Assembly: GCA_035575715.1 (NCBI GenBank)
Contig: DATLXN010000029.1
Location: 14,079 to 78,078 of the forward strand
Origin: Vicinamibacterales bacterium
Lineage (GTDB): Bacteria > Acidobacteriota > Vicinamibacteria > Vicinamibacterales > UBA2999
Direction of reading: 5' to 3'
Length of the DNA stretch: 64,000 nt
Shown: positions 45,282 to 54,691 of the stretch, in pieces
Layout of the letters: each line of letters starts with the position of its first letter
Position numbering within the stretch: the stretch's first letter is position 1
The notes under the pieces: generated by a model
Databases searched by the model: none
The model's input: the letters and a program-made list of their open reading frames with translations, nothing else
Told to the model about the DNA's origin: nothing
Program-made: the position numbers and the translations under genes

Positions 45282-46952
45282 ATGCAACGCATGGTTCTCT
45301 CGCTTCTTGGCGTGATGACGGTCTTGACTCACCCGGCCGCGCAGTCGGCACGGGCGCCGTTCGCCGAGTCAATCACCGACCACGAGCTGCGCGCCGATCT
45401 GTTCTTTCTTGCCTCTGATCGGATGCAGGGGCGACTGACCAACACCCCGGCCAACCTGCTGGCCGGCGACTGGGTGGTCTCGCAGCTTCAAGCGGCGGGC
45501 CTGCGTGCCGCCGGGCACGGCGGCGGATTCGAGCATCGTTACGCACTGATGGCCGCGACCTTGCGCGACGGCAACGTCATGCGGATCGGTCCCCCCGACG
45601 CCTACCTGCGACCGAGTGTAACGGTCGGCACCGGTTTCTACCCACACCGGTTCAGCGCCAACGCCACGGTTGATGCCCCGGTGGCATTTGCCGGCTTCGG
45701 CATCTCGTCGCCTGAGCGCGGCTACACCGACTACGGAGGCGACCCTGCGGCGATCGCCGGCAAAGTCGTGTTGTTGCTCGATCGGGAACCGGGCGTCGCC
45801 GATCCCGACAGCATCTTTGACGGCGTGGTGACCGCGGAAGTGGCGCAGCCGATCAGGAAAGTGCTCGCCGCCCAGGAGAAGGGCGCGCTTGGCGTGATCT
45901 TCGTCGAAGATGTGCACAACGCCGCCGGGCCGCCGCCTGATTTCCAGGCCCAGGCGACGACCTACTGGCCGGCGACGCCGCCGCGCGTCGAGCGCTATAC
46001 ATTGTCCGCCTGGGCCGATCGGGTCCGCATCCCGGTCGTGCAGGTGTCGCGTGCGGTCGCTGAACAATTGGTCGCGGGTTCGAAGCGGTCGCTACTCGAC
46101 CTGGCGAAATCCGCCGAGACCCGCGGTGGCAGTGTCCCGGTCGCCTTGAACGCGCGCGTGTCGCTGACGACGGCCGTTGCCCATCAGACGGTGCCCGACC
46201 GTTCGATCGTCGCGATGATCGAAGGGGGCGATCCGAAACTGAAGGATGAGTACGTCCTGGTCAGTGGCCATTTCGACCACGAAGGCGCGGATGGTCCACG
46301 CGTATTCAACGGCGCCGATGACGATGGCTCAGGCACTGTCGCGTTGATCGAGATCGCTGAAGCCTATGCCCTCGCGGCGGCGGCAGGACAGCGTCCCAAA
46401 CGATCGATCATCTTCGCCGCCTGGAACTCGGAAGAACGCGGATTGCTCGGGGCGTGGGCCTACACCGAAGATCCGATCGTGCCGCTCAACAAGATAGTCG
46501 CGGTGATCAACATGGACATGATCGGCCGCAACGAAGAAGTGCAGGTGGGTGGCGGTGCACGGTTTCGCGGTCTCGAGCTGCAAACCGCGGAGTCCAATGC
46601 CAATGCGACCAACGTGATCGGCACCGTGCGCAGTCCTGACCTGCGCGCCGCCGTTGAGGGTGCCAATGCCGGCATCGGCGTCGACTTACGCTTTCGCTAC
46701 GACAACAACGCGTCGAACCTGATGCGACGCAGTGACCACTGGCCCTTCATTCAGCGCGGCGTGCCCGCCGTCTGGGTGCACACCGGGTTGCACCCCGATT
46801 ACCACACCATCTACGACCGGCCCGAGAAGATTAATTACCCCAAGATGCTGAAGATCGCGCGGCTGGTCTACCAGACCAGTTGGGATCTCGGCAACGCCGT
46901 GGCGCGACCACGATTGCTGCCCATGACCGGCGTCGGCATGGCCACGCCCTGA
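45282..46952 (+). CDS. M28 family aminopeptidase with PA domain, secreted
   Basis: VSGHFDHEG...GADDDGSGTVALIEIA and FAAWNSEERGLLG. Confidence 0.85.
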   Translation: MQRMVLSLLGVMTVLTHPAAQSARAPFAESITDHELRADLFFLASDRMQGRLTNTPANLLAGDWVVSQLQAAGLRAAGHGGGFEHRYALMAATLRDGNVMRIGPPDAYLRPSVTVGTGFYPHRFSANATVDAPVAFAGFGISSPERGYTDYGGDPAAIAGKVVLLLDREPGVADPDSIFDGVVTAEVAQPIRKVLAAQEKGALGVIFVEDVHNAAGPPPDFQAQATTYWPATPPRVERYTLSAWADRVRIPVVQVSRAVAEQLVAGSKRSLLDLAKSAETRGGSVPVALNARVSLTTAVAHQTVPDRSIVAMIEGGDPKLKDEYVLVSGHFDHEGADGPRVFNGADDDGSGTVALIEIAEAYALAAAAGQRPKRSIIFAAWNSEERGLLGAWAYTEDPIVPLNKIVAVINMDMIGRNEEVQVGGGARFRGLELQTAESNANATNVIGTVRSPDLRAAVEGANAGIGVDLRFRYDNNASNLMRRSDHWPFIQRGVPAVWVHTGLHPDYHTIYDRPEKINYPKMLKIARLVYQTSWDLGNAVARPRLLPMTGVGMATP

Positions 46953-46960
46953 GTCGCGCG

Positions 46961-47815
46961 TCAGCGCGACTTGGTGGCCGGCTGGCCGGTCGGGCGGTCT
47001 TTGCCGGTGACGCGCAAATACATCTTCAGCAGCGCGACCCATTGCGGATGATGTTTCTGGTAGTAGGCCATCTGACTCTGACGGCGCAGCCGTTCGGTGT
47101 GCGGATTGCGTGATGCGGATCGGCCGCGCAGGTGCAGCACCTCCGATTGCGGGATGAACAGGATGCTGCGCCCGCGCTTGCGCAACTGCACACACAGATC
47201 AACATCCTCGGTGTACATGAAGAAACGTTCGTCGAGCAGGCCGACCGCTTCGAGGTCTGCGCGACGGGCCACCAGGCAGGCGCCGCTGACCCATTCGCGT
47301 TCGCCTGCCAGGCGCGACCAGCCATCGACGCGCCGGACCACCGCGCGGACCCGTCGGCGATACAGATCGCCGATCAGTTTCTGGCGCAGTTCCCCCCACG
47401 GTCCGAGCGTCCAGCCGAACGACAACTCGGGAAAACCGGCCGCATCGACCAGCCGCGGTCCGGCCGCGGCCGCTTCGGGGTGCGCCGCGAGGCCGCGGAT
47501 CAACGACGGCAGCGCGCCGGGCGGCACGATGGTATCGGGATTGAGCAGCAGGACGAACTCGCTGCGCGTCGCGCGGATGCCGAGGTTATTGGCGCGGGCG
47601 AACCCGAGATTGGCGCCGGCCTCGATCACTTCGACCTGCGGCCAGTTGCGCCGGACCATCGCCACGGTATCGTCGGTGGATGCGTTATCAACGACGGTAA
47701 TCATTGTGTCGAACGGAGCGGTGTGCCCGACCAGTGAGCGCAGGCAGGCATCGATCTCATCGCGCACGTTGTAGCTGACGATGACGATCGCCAGCGACGA
47801 ATCGTCGACGCTCAT
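46961..47815 (-). CDS. glycosyltransferase family 2
   Basis: LAIVIVSYNVRDEIDACLRSL and NPDT. ATG at 47815 gives a 4-nt overlap with the upstream GT4 stop. Confidence 0.85.
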   Translation of the reverse strand: MSVDDSSLAIVIVSYNVRDEIDACLRSLVGHTAPFDTMITVVDNASTDDTVAMVRRNWPQVEVIEAGANLGFARANNLGIRATRSEFVLLLNPDTIVPPGALPSLIRGLAAHPEAAAAGPRLVDAAGFPELSFGWTLGPWGELRQKLIGDLYRRRVRAVVRRVDGWSRLAGEREWVSGACLVARRADLEAVGLLDERFFMYTEDVDLCVQLRKRGRSILFIPQSEVLHLRGRSASRNPHTERLRRQSQMAYYQKHHPQWVALLKMYLRVTGKDRPTGQPATKSR

Positions 47816-48993
47816 GACCGCCGCGCCGCGTGGACCGCGATCGCCGCACGATACGCCTCTCGCGCGGAGCATGCGCTGCCGGCCCAGGTGTAACGCGCGG
47901 CTTGTGCCAGGCCCTGCGAGACGGCTGCTGTCGCGGCATCCTGGTCCAACAGCCGCTCCATCTCGTCGGCGATCCCCTCGACGTCTTCCGGATCGACAGG
48001 TATCGCTGCCGCCCCCGCCACTTCAGGCAACGACCCGCGATTGGAGACCACCACCGGAACGCCGCAGGCCATCGCCTCGAGGACTGGCAGCCCAAAGCCC
48101 TCGTCGAACGACGGTAGCACCAGCATTCGGGCCGTGCGATACAGGTCGCGACGTTCGTCGTTGCTCACATAGCCCAGTACTTTGATGTCACTCCCCAGGG
48201 GCTTGCTTTTCAGACGCGCCACCTCCGCGCGACCGGCATCGGCGACTCGCCCGGCAAGCAGGAGCGGGGGCGCATCCCGGCGGCAGACGCGCAGGCGGGT
48301 ATACGCACGAAGCAATCCGCCGATATTTTTGCGTGCATCCAGGGTGCCGACAAACAGGATCGACCCGCCACCGCCACCGCCACCGCCGCTGACCGCGCGA
48401 TCGGTGGCAACAGCGCTCGCCCAACCCGGCGCCCCGGGTGAGCACACCGTCACCCGGTCACGCGTCACATTCAACACGCGCACCACTTCGGCCGCCGCAT
48501 AGTGTGACGGCACCACGATGTGATCGGCGCGATGCGCGTGCGTGCGGACTAAAGCAGGGAAGTCGCGACGCATTTCGGCTTCAGTGCGATCGGGATGCGA
48601 GAGGAAGTGCAGATCGTGAATCGTGATCACCTGAGCCGCGCGGCTGCTGGGAATGAGCAGCGGTGATTGCGCATGCACCACGTCAGCCGCGCCCGCGATC
48701 CATTCGACTGGTGGCCATTGCAGTCGATTCCATGTCCAGGTCAATCCCCGCACCGGGAAACGACGATCGATCACAGACACACCGGGTAGGTCGGTCGCGA
48801 GTTGCGGTGAGGGTCGGTCCTTCCAGGACGCAGTGAAGACCGCGATCTCGTCGGTGGCGGCCGACGCAGTCGGCGCCGCCAAGGCGCGGGCCAGCTCATG
48901 CACATACTCACCCACGCCGGTCCGATCGCGCAGCGCGGGACGGTAGTCGAGCAGGATCCGCACCGCCGCGAAGGGTACCACAAATGACAACAA
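47812..48993 (-). CDS. glycosyltransferase family 4
   Basis: EGFGLPVLEAMACGVPVV. GT-B fold. Confidence 0.85.
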   Translation of the reverse strand: MLSFVVPFAAVRILLDYRPALRDRTGVGEYVHELARALAAPTASAATDEIAVFTASWKDRPSPQLATDLPGVSVIDRRFPVRGLTWTWNRLQWPPVEWIAGAADVVHAQSPLLIPSSRAAQVITIHDLHFLSHPDRTEAEMRRDFPALVRTHAHRADHIVVPSHYAAAEVVRVLNVTRDRVTVCSPGAPGWASAVATDRAVSGGGGGGGGSILFVGTLDARKNIGGLLRAYTRLRVCRRDAPPLLLAGRVADAGRAEVARLKSKPLGSDIKVLGYVSNDERRDLYRTARMLVLPSFDEGFGLPVLEAMACGVPVVVSNRGSLPEVAGAAAIPVDPEDVEGIADEMERLLDQDAATAAVSQGLAQAARYTWAGSACSAREAYRAAIAVHAARRS

Positions 48994-49012
48994 GTCCTTG
49001 TGGGTCAGTATG

Positions 49013-49041
49013 TTGACAGCATCAGGAGCGGATGATAACCT
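49013..49041 (+). promoter_or_regulatory. candidate sigma-70 promoter TTGACA-N17-TAACCT upstream of ugd
   Basis: Perfect -35 at 49013-49018 and -10 at 49036-49041. Confidence 0.4.
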
Positions 49042-49091
49042 GCCATGTTTTGGCCGTCTGTAGACGTCGGCGCCAGGGGTAATCCGAGCAA

Positions 49092-50387
49092 ATGAAGATT
49101 GCGGTGGTCGGCACGGGGTATGTGGGTCTAGTCGTCGGCGCCTGTCTCGCCGAGACCGGCAACGATGTGACGTGCGTCGACAAGGACGACGCCAAGGTTC
49201 GCTTGCTGCGCAAAGCGCGCGTGCCGATCTACGAACCCGGCCTGACCGAACTGGTCGGCAAGAACACTGCAGAAGGTCGCCTGACCTTCACCACGCAGTT
49301 ACCCAAAGCGATCAAGGGCGCACAGGTCGTGTTCATTGCGGTGGGGACCCCGCAAGGCGAGGACGGATCGGCCGACCTGCAGCACGTGATGGCGGTCGCC
49401 AAACAAATCGGCCAAGCGATGGATGGCTACCAGGTCATCGTCAACAAGAGCACTGTCCCGGTCGGTACGGCAGAGAAAGTGCGGGCGGTCATTCGCCGCG
49501 AAACCACGCACCCGTTCAGCGTGGTCAGTAACCCCGAGTTCCTGAAGCAGGGCGCCGCCGTCGATGATTTCATGAAACCCGATCGCGTGGTCATCGGCGC
49601 AGAAGATCCGCGCGGTGCCGAGATGATGGTCGCGCTGTATCAACCCTTCACGCGGACCGGCGCCCCGATCATGGTGATGGACTGCGCCAGCGCCGAATTG
49701 TCGAAGTACGCCGCGAACGCGCTGCTGGCGACGCGCATTTCATTCATGAATGAGATTGCGAATGTCTGCGAGGTGTTTGGCGCCGATGTCGATCGCGTCC
49801 GCCAGGCGGTTGGTTCGGATCGCCGGATCGGGACGTCGTTTCTGTTTCCTGGCGTCGGCTACGGCGGCAGCTGCTTCCCCAAGGATGTCAAAGCGCTGGT
49901 GCGCTTTTCGGCCGATCGCCAATATGACTTCAAGGTGCTGAAGGCGGTCGAAGCGGTCAACGAGTCGCAAAAGCGCGTCCTGGTCACCAAGATGGAGGCG
50001 CATTTGGGGTCGCTGAAGGGAAAAACCATTGCGGTGTGGGGCCTCGCCTTCAAGCCGAAGACCGACGACATGCGTGAGGCGCCGGCGATCCCGATCATCC
50101 AGGCGTTGGTCAAGAAGGGCGCCAAGGTCCAGGTCTATGACCCTGAGGCGACCAAAGCAGCGAAGCTGATTTTCGGAACGACAGTGCACTACGCGACCAA
50201 AAGCTACGACGCGCTGCGCGGCGCGGATGCGCTCGCCATCATCACCGAGTGGCACGAGTTTCGCGAGCCCGACTTCCCGCGCATGCGCAAGCTGATGAAG
50301 ACGCCGGTGATTTTCGACGGCCGCAACATCTACCAGCCGCAACACATGAAAGCCCACGGCTTCACCTACCACTCGATCGGACGTTAA
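49092..50387 (+). CDS. ugd: UDP-glucose 6-dehydrogenase
   Basis: MKIAVVGTGYVGLVVGACLA and GGSCFPKD. Confidence 0.92.
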   Translation: MKIAVVGTGYVGLVVGACLAETGNDVTCVDKDDAKVRLLRKARVPIYEPGLTELVGKNTAEGRLTFTTQLPKAIKGAQVVFIAVGTPQGEDGSADLQHVMAVAKQIGQAMDGYQVIVNKSTVPVGTAEKVRAVIRRETTHPFSVVSNPEFLKQGAAVDDFMKPDRVVIGAEDPRGAEMMVALYQPFTRTGAPIMVMDCASAELSKYAANALLATRISFMNEIANVCEVFGADVDRVRQAVGSDRRIGTSFLFPGVGYGGSCFPKDVKALVRFSADRQYDFKVLKAVEAVNESQKRVLVTKMEAHLGSLKGKTIAVWGLAFKPKTDDMREAPAIPIIQALVKKGAKVQVYDPEATKAAKLIFGTTVHYATKSYDALRGADALAIITEWHEFREPDFPRMRKLMKTPVIFDGRNIYQPQHMKAHGFTYHSIGR

Positions 50388-50389
50388 CT

Positions 50390-51382
50390 GTGGGCCGCGT
50401 CCTCGTCACCGGCGGGGCGGGCTACATCGGCAGTCACGCGGTTCGCGCGCTGGTCGAAGACGGCCACCATGTCGTGGTCCTCGATGACTTGTCCGCTGGG
50501 CATCCCGAAGCCGTGCCGCGCGGTGTGCCGCTGGTCCGCAGCCGGATTCACGATGGCGCCTGCGTCGTTGCGACGCTGCGCGAGCACGACATCGACGCGG
50601 TGATGCATTTTGCGGCGTGGCTGTCGGTCGGCGAATCGGTGCGCGTGCCGCTCGCCTATTACGAGAACAATGTCGTCGGCAGCCTGGCGCTGCTCGCCGC
50701 GATGGAGGAAGCCGGTGTCAGCCGCCTGGTGTTCTCCTCGACCTGCGCGATCTACGGAGAGCCGTCGGTCGTCCCGATCACCGAAAGCGCCGAGCAACGA
50801 CCGATCAACGCCTACGGCGAGACCAAGCTGGCCATCGAACACGCCCTGGCCCACGTCGAGCGCGCGTCTGGATTGCGCTGGATCGCGTTGCGCTATTTCA
50901 ATGCCGCCGGCGCCCATCCCGACGGCACCATCGGCGAAGATCATGCGCCGGAGATTCACCTCGTTCCACGCGCGATTGAGGCGGCGAGCGGTGGCGAACC
51001 GCTGCAGGTATTCGGCGAGGATTATCCGACGCCCGATGGCACCTGCCTGCGCGACTACATCCACGTCTGCGACCTCGCCGACGCCCATCTGGCCGCGTTA
51101 CGTGCGCTGGACGGTGATGCGCCGTCCGGCGGATTCAATGCAGGCACTGGCCGTCCCCACTCGGTTCGGGCGGTGATCGATACCGTGAGCCGGGTGGTCG
51201 GCCAGCCGGTCCGGTGGACCGCGGCGCCACGCCGGCCCGGCGACCCGGCGACGCTCTACGCGGCGAGCGACCGCCTCCAACACGAACTTGGTTGGCAACC
51301 CAGATATCCTGAGCTCGAACAGATCGTGGAGCACGCCTGGCAGTGGCATCGGCGCCACCCACGTGGCTACGCGACGCCCTGA
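50390..51382 (+). CDS. galE: UDP-glucose 4-epimerase
   Basis: GTG at 50390. VLVTGGAGYIGSH and YGETKL. Confidence 0.9.
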   Translation: MGRVLVTGGAGYIGSHAVRALVEDGHHVVVLDDLSAGHPEAVPRGVPLVRSRIHDGACVVATLREHDIDAVMHFAAWLSVGESVRVPLAYYENNVVGSLALLAAMEEAGVSRLVFSSTCAIYGEPSVVPITESAEQRPINAYGETKLAIEHALAHVERASGLRWIALRYFNAAGAHPDGTIGEDHAPEIHLVPRAIEAASGGEPLQVFGEDYPTPDGTCLRDYIHVCDLADAHLAALRALDGDAPSGGFNAGTGRPHSVRAVIDTVSRVVGQPVRWTAAPRRPGDPATLYAASDRLQHELGWQPRYPELEQIVEHAWQWHRRHPRGYATP

Positions 51383-53166
51383 TGGACGTGCTCCTTCGGC
51401 TTCTCCGTTACGCGGCCCCGCACCGCATGCTGATCGCCGGCGCGACGCTGGCGATGCTGGTCTACGGGGCGGCGTCGGCATGGCAGGCGTGGCTGATCAA
51501 GCCGATCATCGACGAGGTGTTGCCCAATCAGTCGCGACTGCGCTTTGTGGCGACCGGGATCCTGGTGTCGTACTTCCTCAAGGGCGTTGGCGGCTACTTT
51601 TCGAGCTACCTGATGGACGATCTCGGTCATCGGGTGGTGATGCGGCTGCGCAATCAGCTATTCGCCCACTTGCTCGATCAGTCGGCGGCGTTTTTTGCGC
51701 GTCGCACCACCGGCCAGCTGTTGTCACGCATCAACAATGATGTCGGACAGGTGCACCGGGCGATTGCCGAAACGGTCGGCGACCTGTCACGAGAATCGTT
51801 GGCGCTGATTGGTTTTGCCGGCCTGCTGTTTTATTACGACGCCGGTTTGGCGCTGCTGTGCATGACCGGTGCGCCCCTTGCGATCTATCCGCTGGTCCGC
51901 CTCGGCAAACGATTGCGAACGGTGACCCGGTGGAGCCAGGAGCGGCTGGAATACATGTCGCACGTGGCCGCCGAAGCGTTCACCGGTCACCGCATCGTCA
52001 AGGCCTTTGGCGCCGAGGGCCGCGAGGCGGCCAAGTTCGACCGCGCATCACAGGCGCTGTATCGCACCAATCTCAAGGTCACCGGCGTGCTCTCGGTGTT
52101 GCCGCCGATGATGGAGTTCCTGGGTGGCGTGGCCATCGCCGGTGCGCTGTGGTACGGCAGCCGCGAGATCGCCATGGGGCGGTTGACGGCGGGTGAGTTC
52201 ACCTCGTTTGTGGCGGCGTTGCTACTGATGTACGGTCCGGTCAAAAAACTCAGCCGGGTCAACGCCAACCTGCAGCAAGCGGTGGCGGCATCCGAACGGA
52301 TCTTCGAACTGCTCGACGTCCATACCGAGGTCACCGACCAGCCGGACGCCCGGCCGCTGCCCGCCTTTCGGGACGCGTTCGAGTTTCGCGACGTCTGCTT
52401 TGGCTACGAGGACGGCCATGGCCGCAACACGCTGAAGGGCGTCTCGTTTACCGTCCGTGCCGGCCAGATGATCGCGATTGTCGGTCGCAGCGGCGCCGGC
52501 AAAACGACACTGGTCAACTTGATTCCGCGGTTTTACGACGTCACCTCCGGAGCGATCATGATCGACGGCGTTGACACGCGCGACGTCACCGTGCAGTCAC
52601 TGCGCGATCAAATCGGCATCGTCACCCAGGACACCGTGCTGTTCGATGACACCATTGCGACCAACATCGCCTACGGTGTGCCCGGAGCCACGCGTGAACA
52701 GATAGAGGCGGCGGCGCGCGCCGCCCATGCGCACGACTTTATTGCCACTCTTCCGGATGGCTACGACACAGCCATCGGTGAGCGCGGCCAGCGGCTGTCA
52801 GGCGGCCAGCGGCAGCGCCTCGCCATTGCGCGCGCGCTGCTGAAGAATTCGCCGATTCTCATTCTTGACGAGGCCACCTCGTCGCTCGATTCAGAATCGG
52901 AGCGGCTGGTCCAGGACGCACTGATGACGCTGATGCTCAACCGCACGTCGTTCGTCATTGCGCATCGCCTCTCGACGGTTCGCCGTGCAGATGCGATCAT
53001 CGTGCTCGAGCGCGGCCGGATCGCCGAGATCGGCCGGCACGATGAGCTGGTGGCGCGCCCCGGGGGCGTGTATGCGCGGCTCCACCAGATGCAGTTAATC
53101 GAGGGCAAGTCACGATCGGGCGTGACTGCCGTCGCGACCGGTTCGAAGGCTGAAAGCACCCCATGA
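51382..53166 (+). CDS. msbA: ABC transporter permease/ATPase, lipid A/lipid exporter MsbA-like
   Basis: ATG overlaps the galE stop (TGATG). Six TM segments, then GRSGAGKTT, LSGGQRQRLAIARAL and ILILDEATS. Confidence 0.8.
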   Translation: MDVLLRLLRYAAPHRMLIAGATLAMLVYGAASAWQAWLIKPIIDEVLPNQSRLRFVATGILVSYFLKGVGGYFSSYLMDDLGHRVVMRLRNQLFAHLLDQSAAFFARRTTGQLLSRINNDVGQVHRAIAETVGDLSRESLALIGFAGLLFYYDAGLALLCMTGAPLAIYPLVRLGKRLRTVTRWSQERLEYMSHVAAEAFTGHRIVKAFGAEGREAAKFDRASQALYRTNLKVTGVLSVLPPMMEFLGGVAIAGALWYGSREIAMGRLTAGEFTSFVAALLLMYGPVKKLSRVNANLQQAVAASERIFELLDVHTEVTDQPDARPLPAFRDAFEFRDVCFGYEDGHGRNTLKGVSFTVRAGQMIAIVGRSGAGKTTLVNLIPRFYDVTSGAIMIDGVDTRDVTVQSLRDQIGIVTQDTVLFDDTIATNIAYGVPGATREQIEAAARAAHAHDFIATLPDGYDTAIGERGQRLSGGQRQRLAIARALLKNSPILILDEATSSLDSESERLVQDALMTLMLNRTSFVIAHRLSTVRRADAIIVLERGRIAEIGRHDELVARPGGVYARLHQMQLIEGKSRSGVTAVATGSKAESTP

Positions 53167-54074
53167 TCAAGAGCATGACCGGCTTTGCTTCGCTGACCCG
53201 CGACGATGAGCGCGGCAGCATCGGCCTGACGATTCGGGCGGTCAATCACCGCTTCCTCGACATCCAGCTGCGTTTGCCGTCATCACTCGCCGACATCGAA
53301 TCGCGGGTGCGGGGCGTCCTCCAGAAGCGACTGGCGCGCGGGCGGATTGAACTGGCGTTGTCGTTACAGCTGCGGCAGGCAGCGTCGCCCCACATCGAGC
53401 TGCAAGAGGAATTTGCGCGTGCGGTGGCGACGGCGATCGACGTCGCGCGCGAACGTGGTCTGGTCAAGGGCGACCTGACGCCCGGCGACCTGCTCCGGAT
53501 GCCGCAGGCCTTTATCATCCGCGACCGCGCGGCGGATACCGAGGTGCTCGGTAACGTGCTGGGCGATGCGGTCGAGGCGGCCGTGCACAGCGCGATCGAT
53601 CAACTCGAGGAGATGCGGGTGCGTGAAGGGCAGCACCTGGCTACCGATCTCGACGCACGGAAGGACGCGCTTGGTGGGTTCATCGAGGACGTGGCGCGCG
53701 CGGCTGAGGCCGGCCGCCTGGCGCTCGAGGCGCGGCTGACCGACCGCGTCAAGGAGCTTGCGGCGGGGACCGGTTTCAAACCTGTTCCCGGTTCCGCCGA
53801 AGCCGCCGCCATCGCGCAGGAGATCGTGCGGGTCGCGCAACGCTCGGACATCACCGAAGAGGTGACGCGATTTCGTGGGCATTTGGCACACTGGCAGGCG
53901 CTGTCGGCGTCGCCGGAGCCATGCGGCCGCAAACTGGACTTTCTGCTGCAGGAGATGAACCGCGAGGTCAACACCATCGGTTCAAAGGCCGACGGCTTGC
54001 AGGTCTCCGAATTAATCATCCAAGCAAAGGCCGAACTCGAGCGGATGCGGGAGCAGGTCCAGAATGTCGAGTAG
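53163..54074 (+). CDS. yicC: YicC family stress-induced protein
   Basis: MIKSMTGFA...RAVNHRFLDIQLRLP and C-terminal EMNREVNTIGSKA. Confidence 0.88.
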   Translation: MIKSMTGFASLTRDDERGSIGLTIRAVNHRFLDIQLRLPSSLADIESRVRGVLQKRLARGRIELALSLQLRQAASPHIELQEEFARAVATAIDVARERGLVKGDLTPGDLLRMPQAFIIRDRAADTEVLGNVLGDAVEAAVHSAIDQLEEMRVREGQHLATDLDARKDALGGFIEDVARAAEAGRLALEARLTDRVKELAAGTGFKPVPGSAEAAAIAQEIVRVAQRSDITEEVTRFRGHLAHWQALSASPEPCGRKLDFLLQEMNREVNTIGSKADGLQVSELIIQAKAELERMREQVQNVE

Positions 54075-54690
54075 GCGAGGCCTGTTGTTCATCGTTTCGG
54101 CGCCGTCGGGCACCGGCAAGACGACGTTGGTCGAGCGCCTGGTGCAAATGCTGCCGAATTTGCGGATGTCGCGCTCGTACACCTCGCGGCACGCGCGTGC
54201 TGGTGAGCGCGACGGGGTCGACTACCACTTCATCAGCCGGGAATCGTTCGAGCAGCGCGTTCGTGACCACGGGTTTCTCGAGTGGGCGGATGTCTTCGGC
54301 AATTACTACGGCACAGCGGCAGCCGACGTCGAGCGGCTGATCATCGACGGACAGGACGTGGTCCTGGTCATCGACGTGCAGGGCGCGCAGCAAGTCAAAG
54401 CCCGCGGCTTCGACCACACCGCGATTTTCATCCTGCCGCCGTCATTCGAAGTACTTGAGCAGCGTCTGCGAGGCCGCAGCAAGGATTCGGAAGAGCAGAT
54501 GCAGCGGCGGCTGACGACAGCCCGAGCCGAGGCATCCAGCTACGTCGACTACGACTACGTCGTGGTCAACGACGACCTCGAGCCGACCGTGGTGCGGCTG
54601 CAGGAGATCATCGCGGCCGAACGATCCCGCACGCACCGGATGAAATCGGTGGCAGAATCGATCATCGGGACTTTCCAGGCAGACCACTGA
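54064..54690 (+). CDS. gmk: guanylate kinase
   Basis: LFIVSAPSGTGKTTL and SRSYTSR. Confidence 0.92.
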   Translation: MSSRRGLLFIVSAPSGTGKTTLVERLVQMLPNLRMSRSYTSRHARAGERDGVDYHFISRESFEQRVRDHGFLEWADVFGNYYGTAAADVERLIIDGQDVVLVIDVQGAQQVKARGFDHTAIFILPPSFEVLEQRLRGRSKDSEEQMQRRLTTARAEASSYVDYDYVVVNDDLEPTVVRLQEIIAAERSRTHRMKSVAESIIGTFQADH

Positions 54691-54691
54691 C

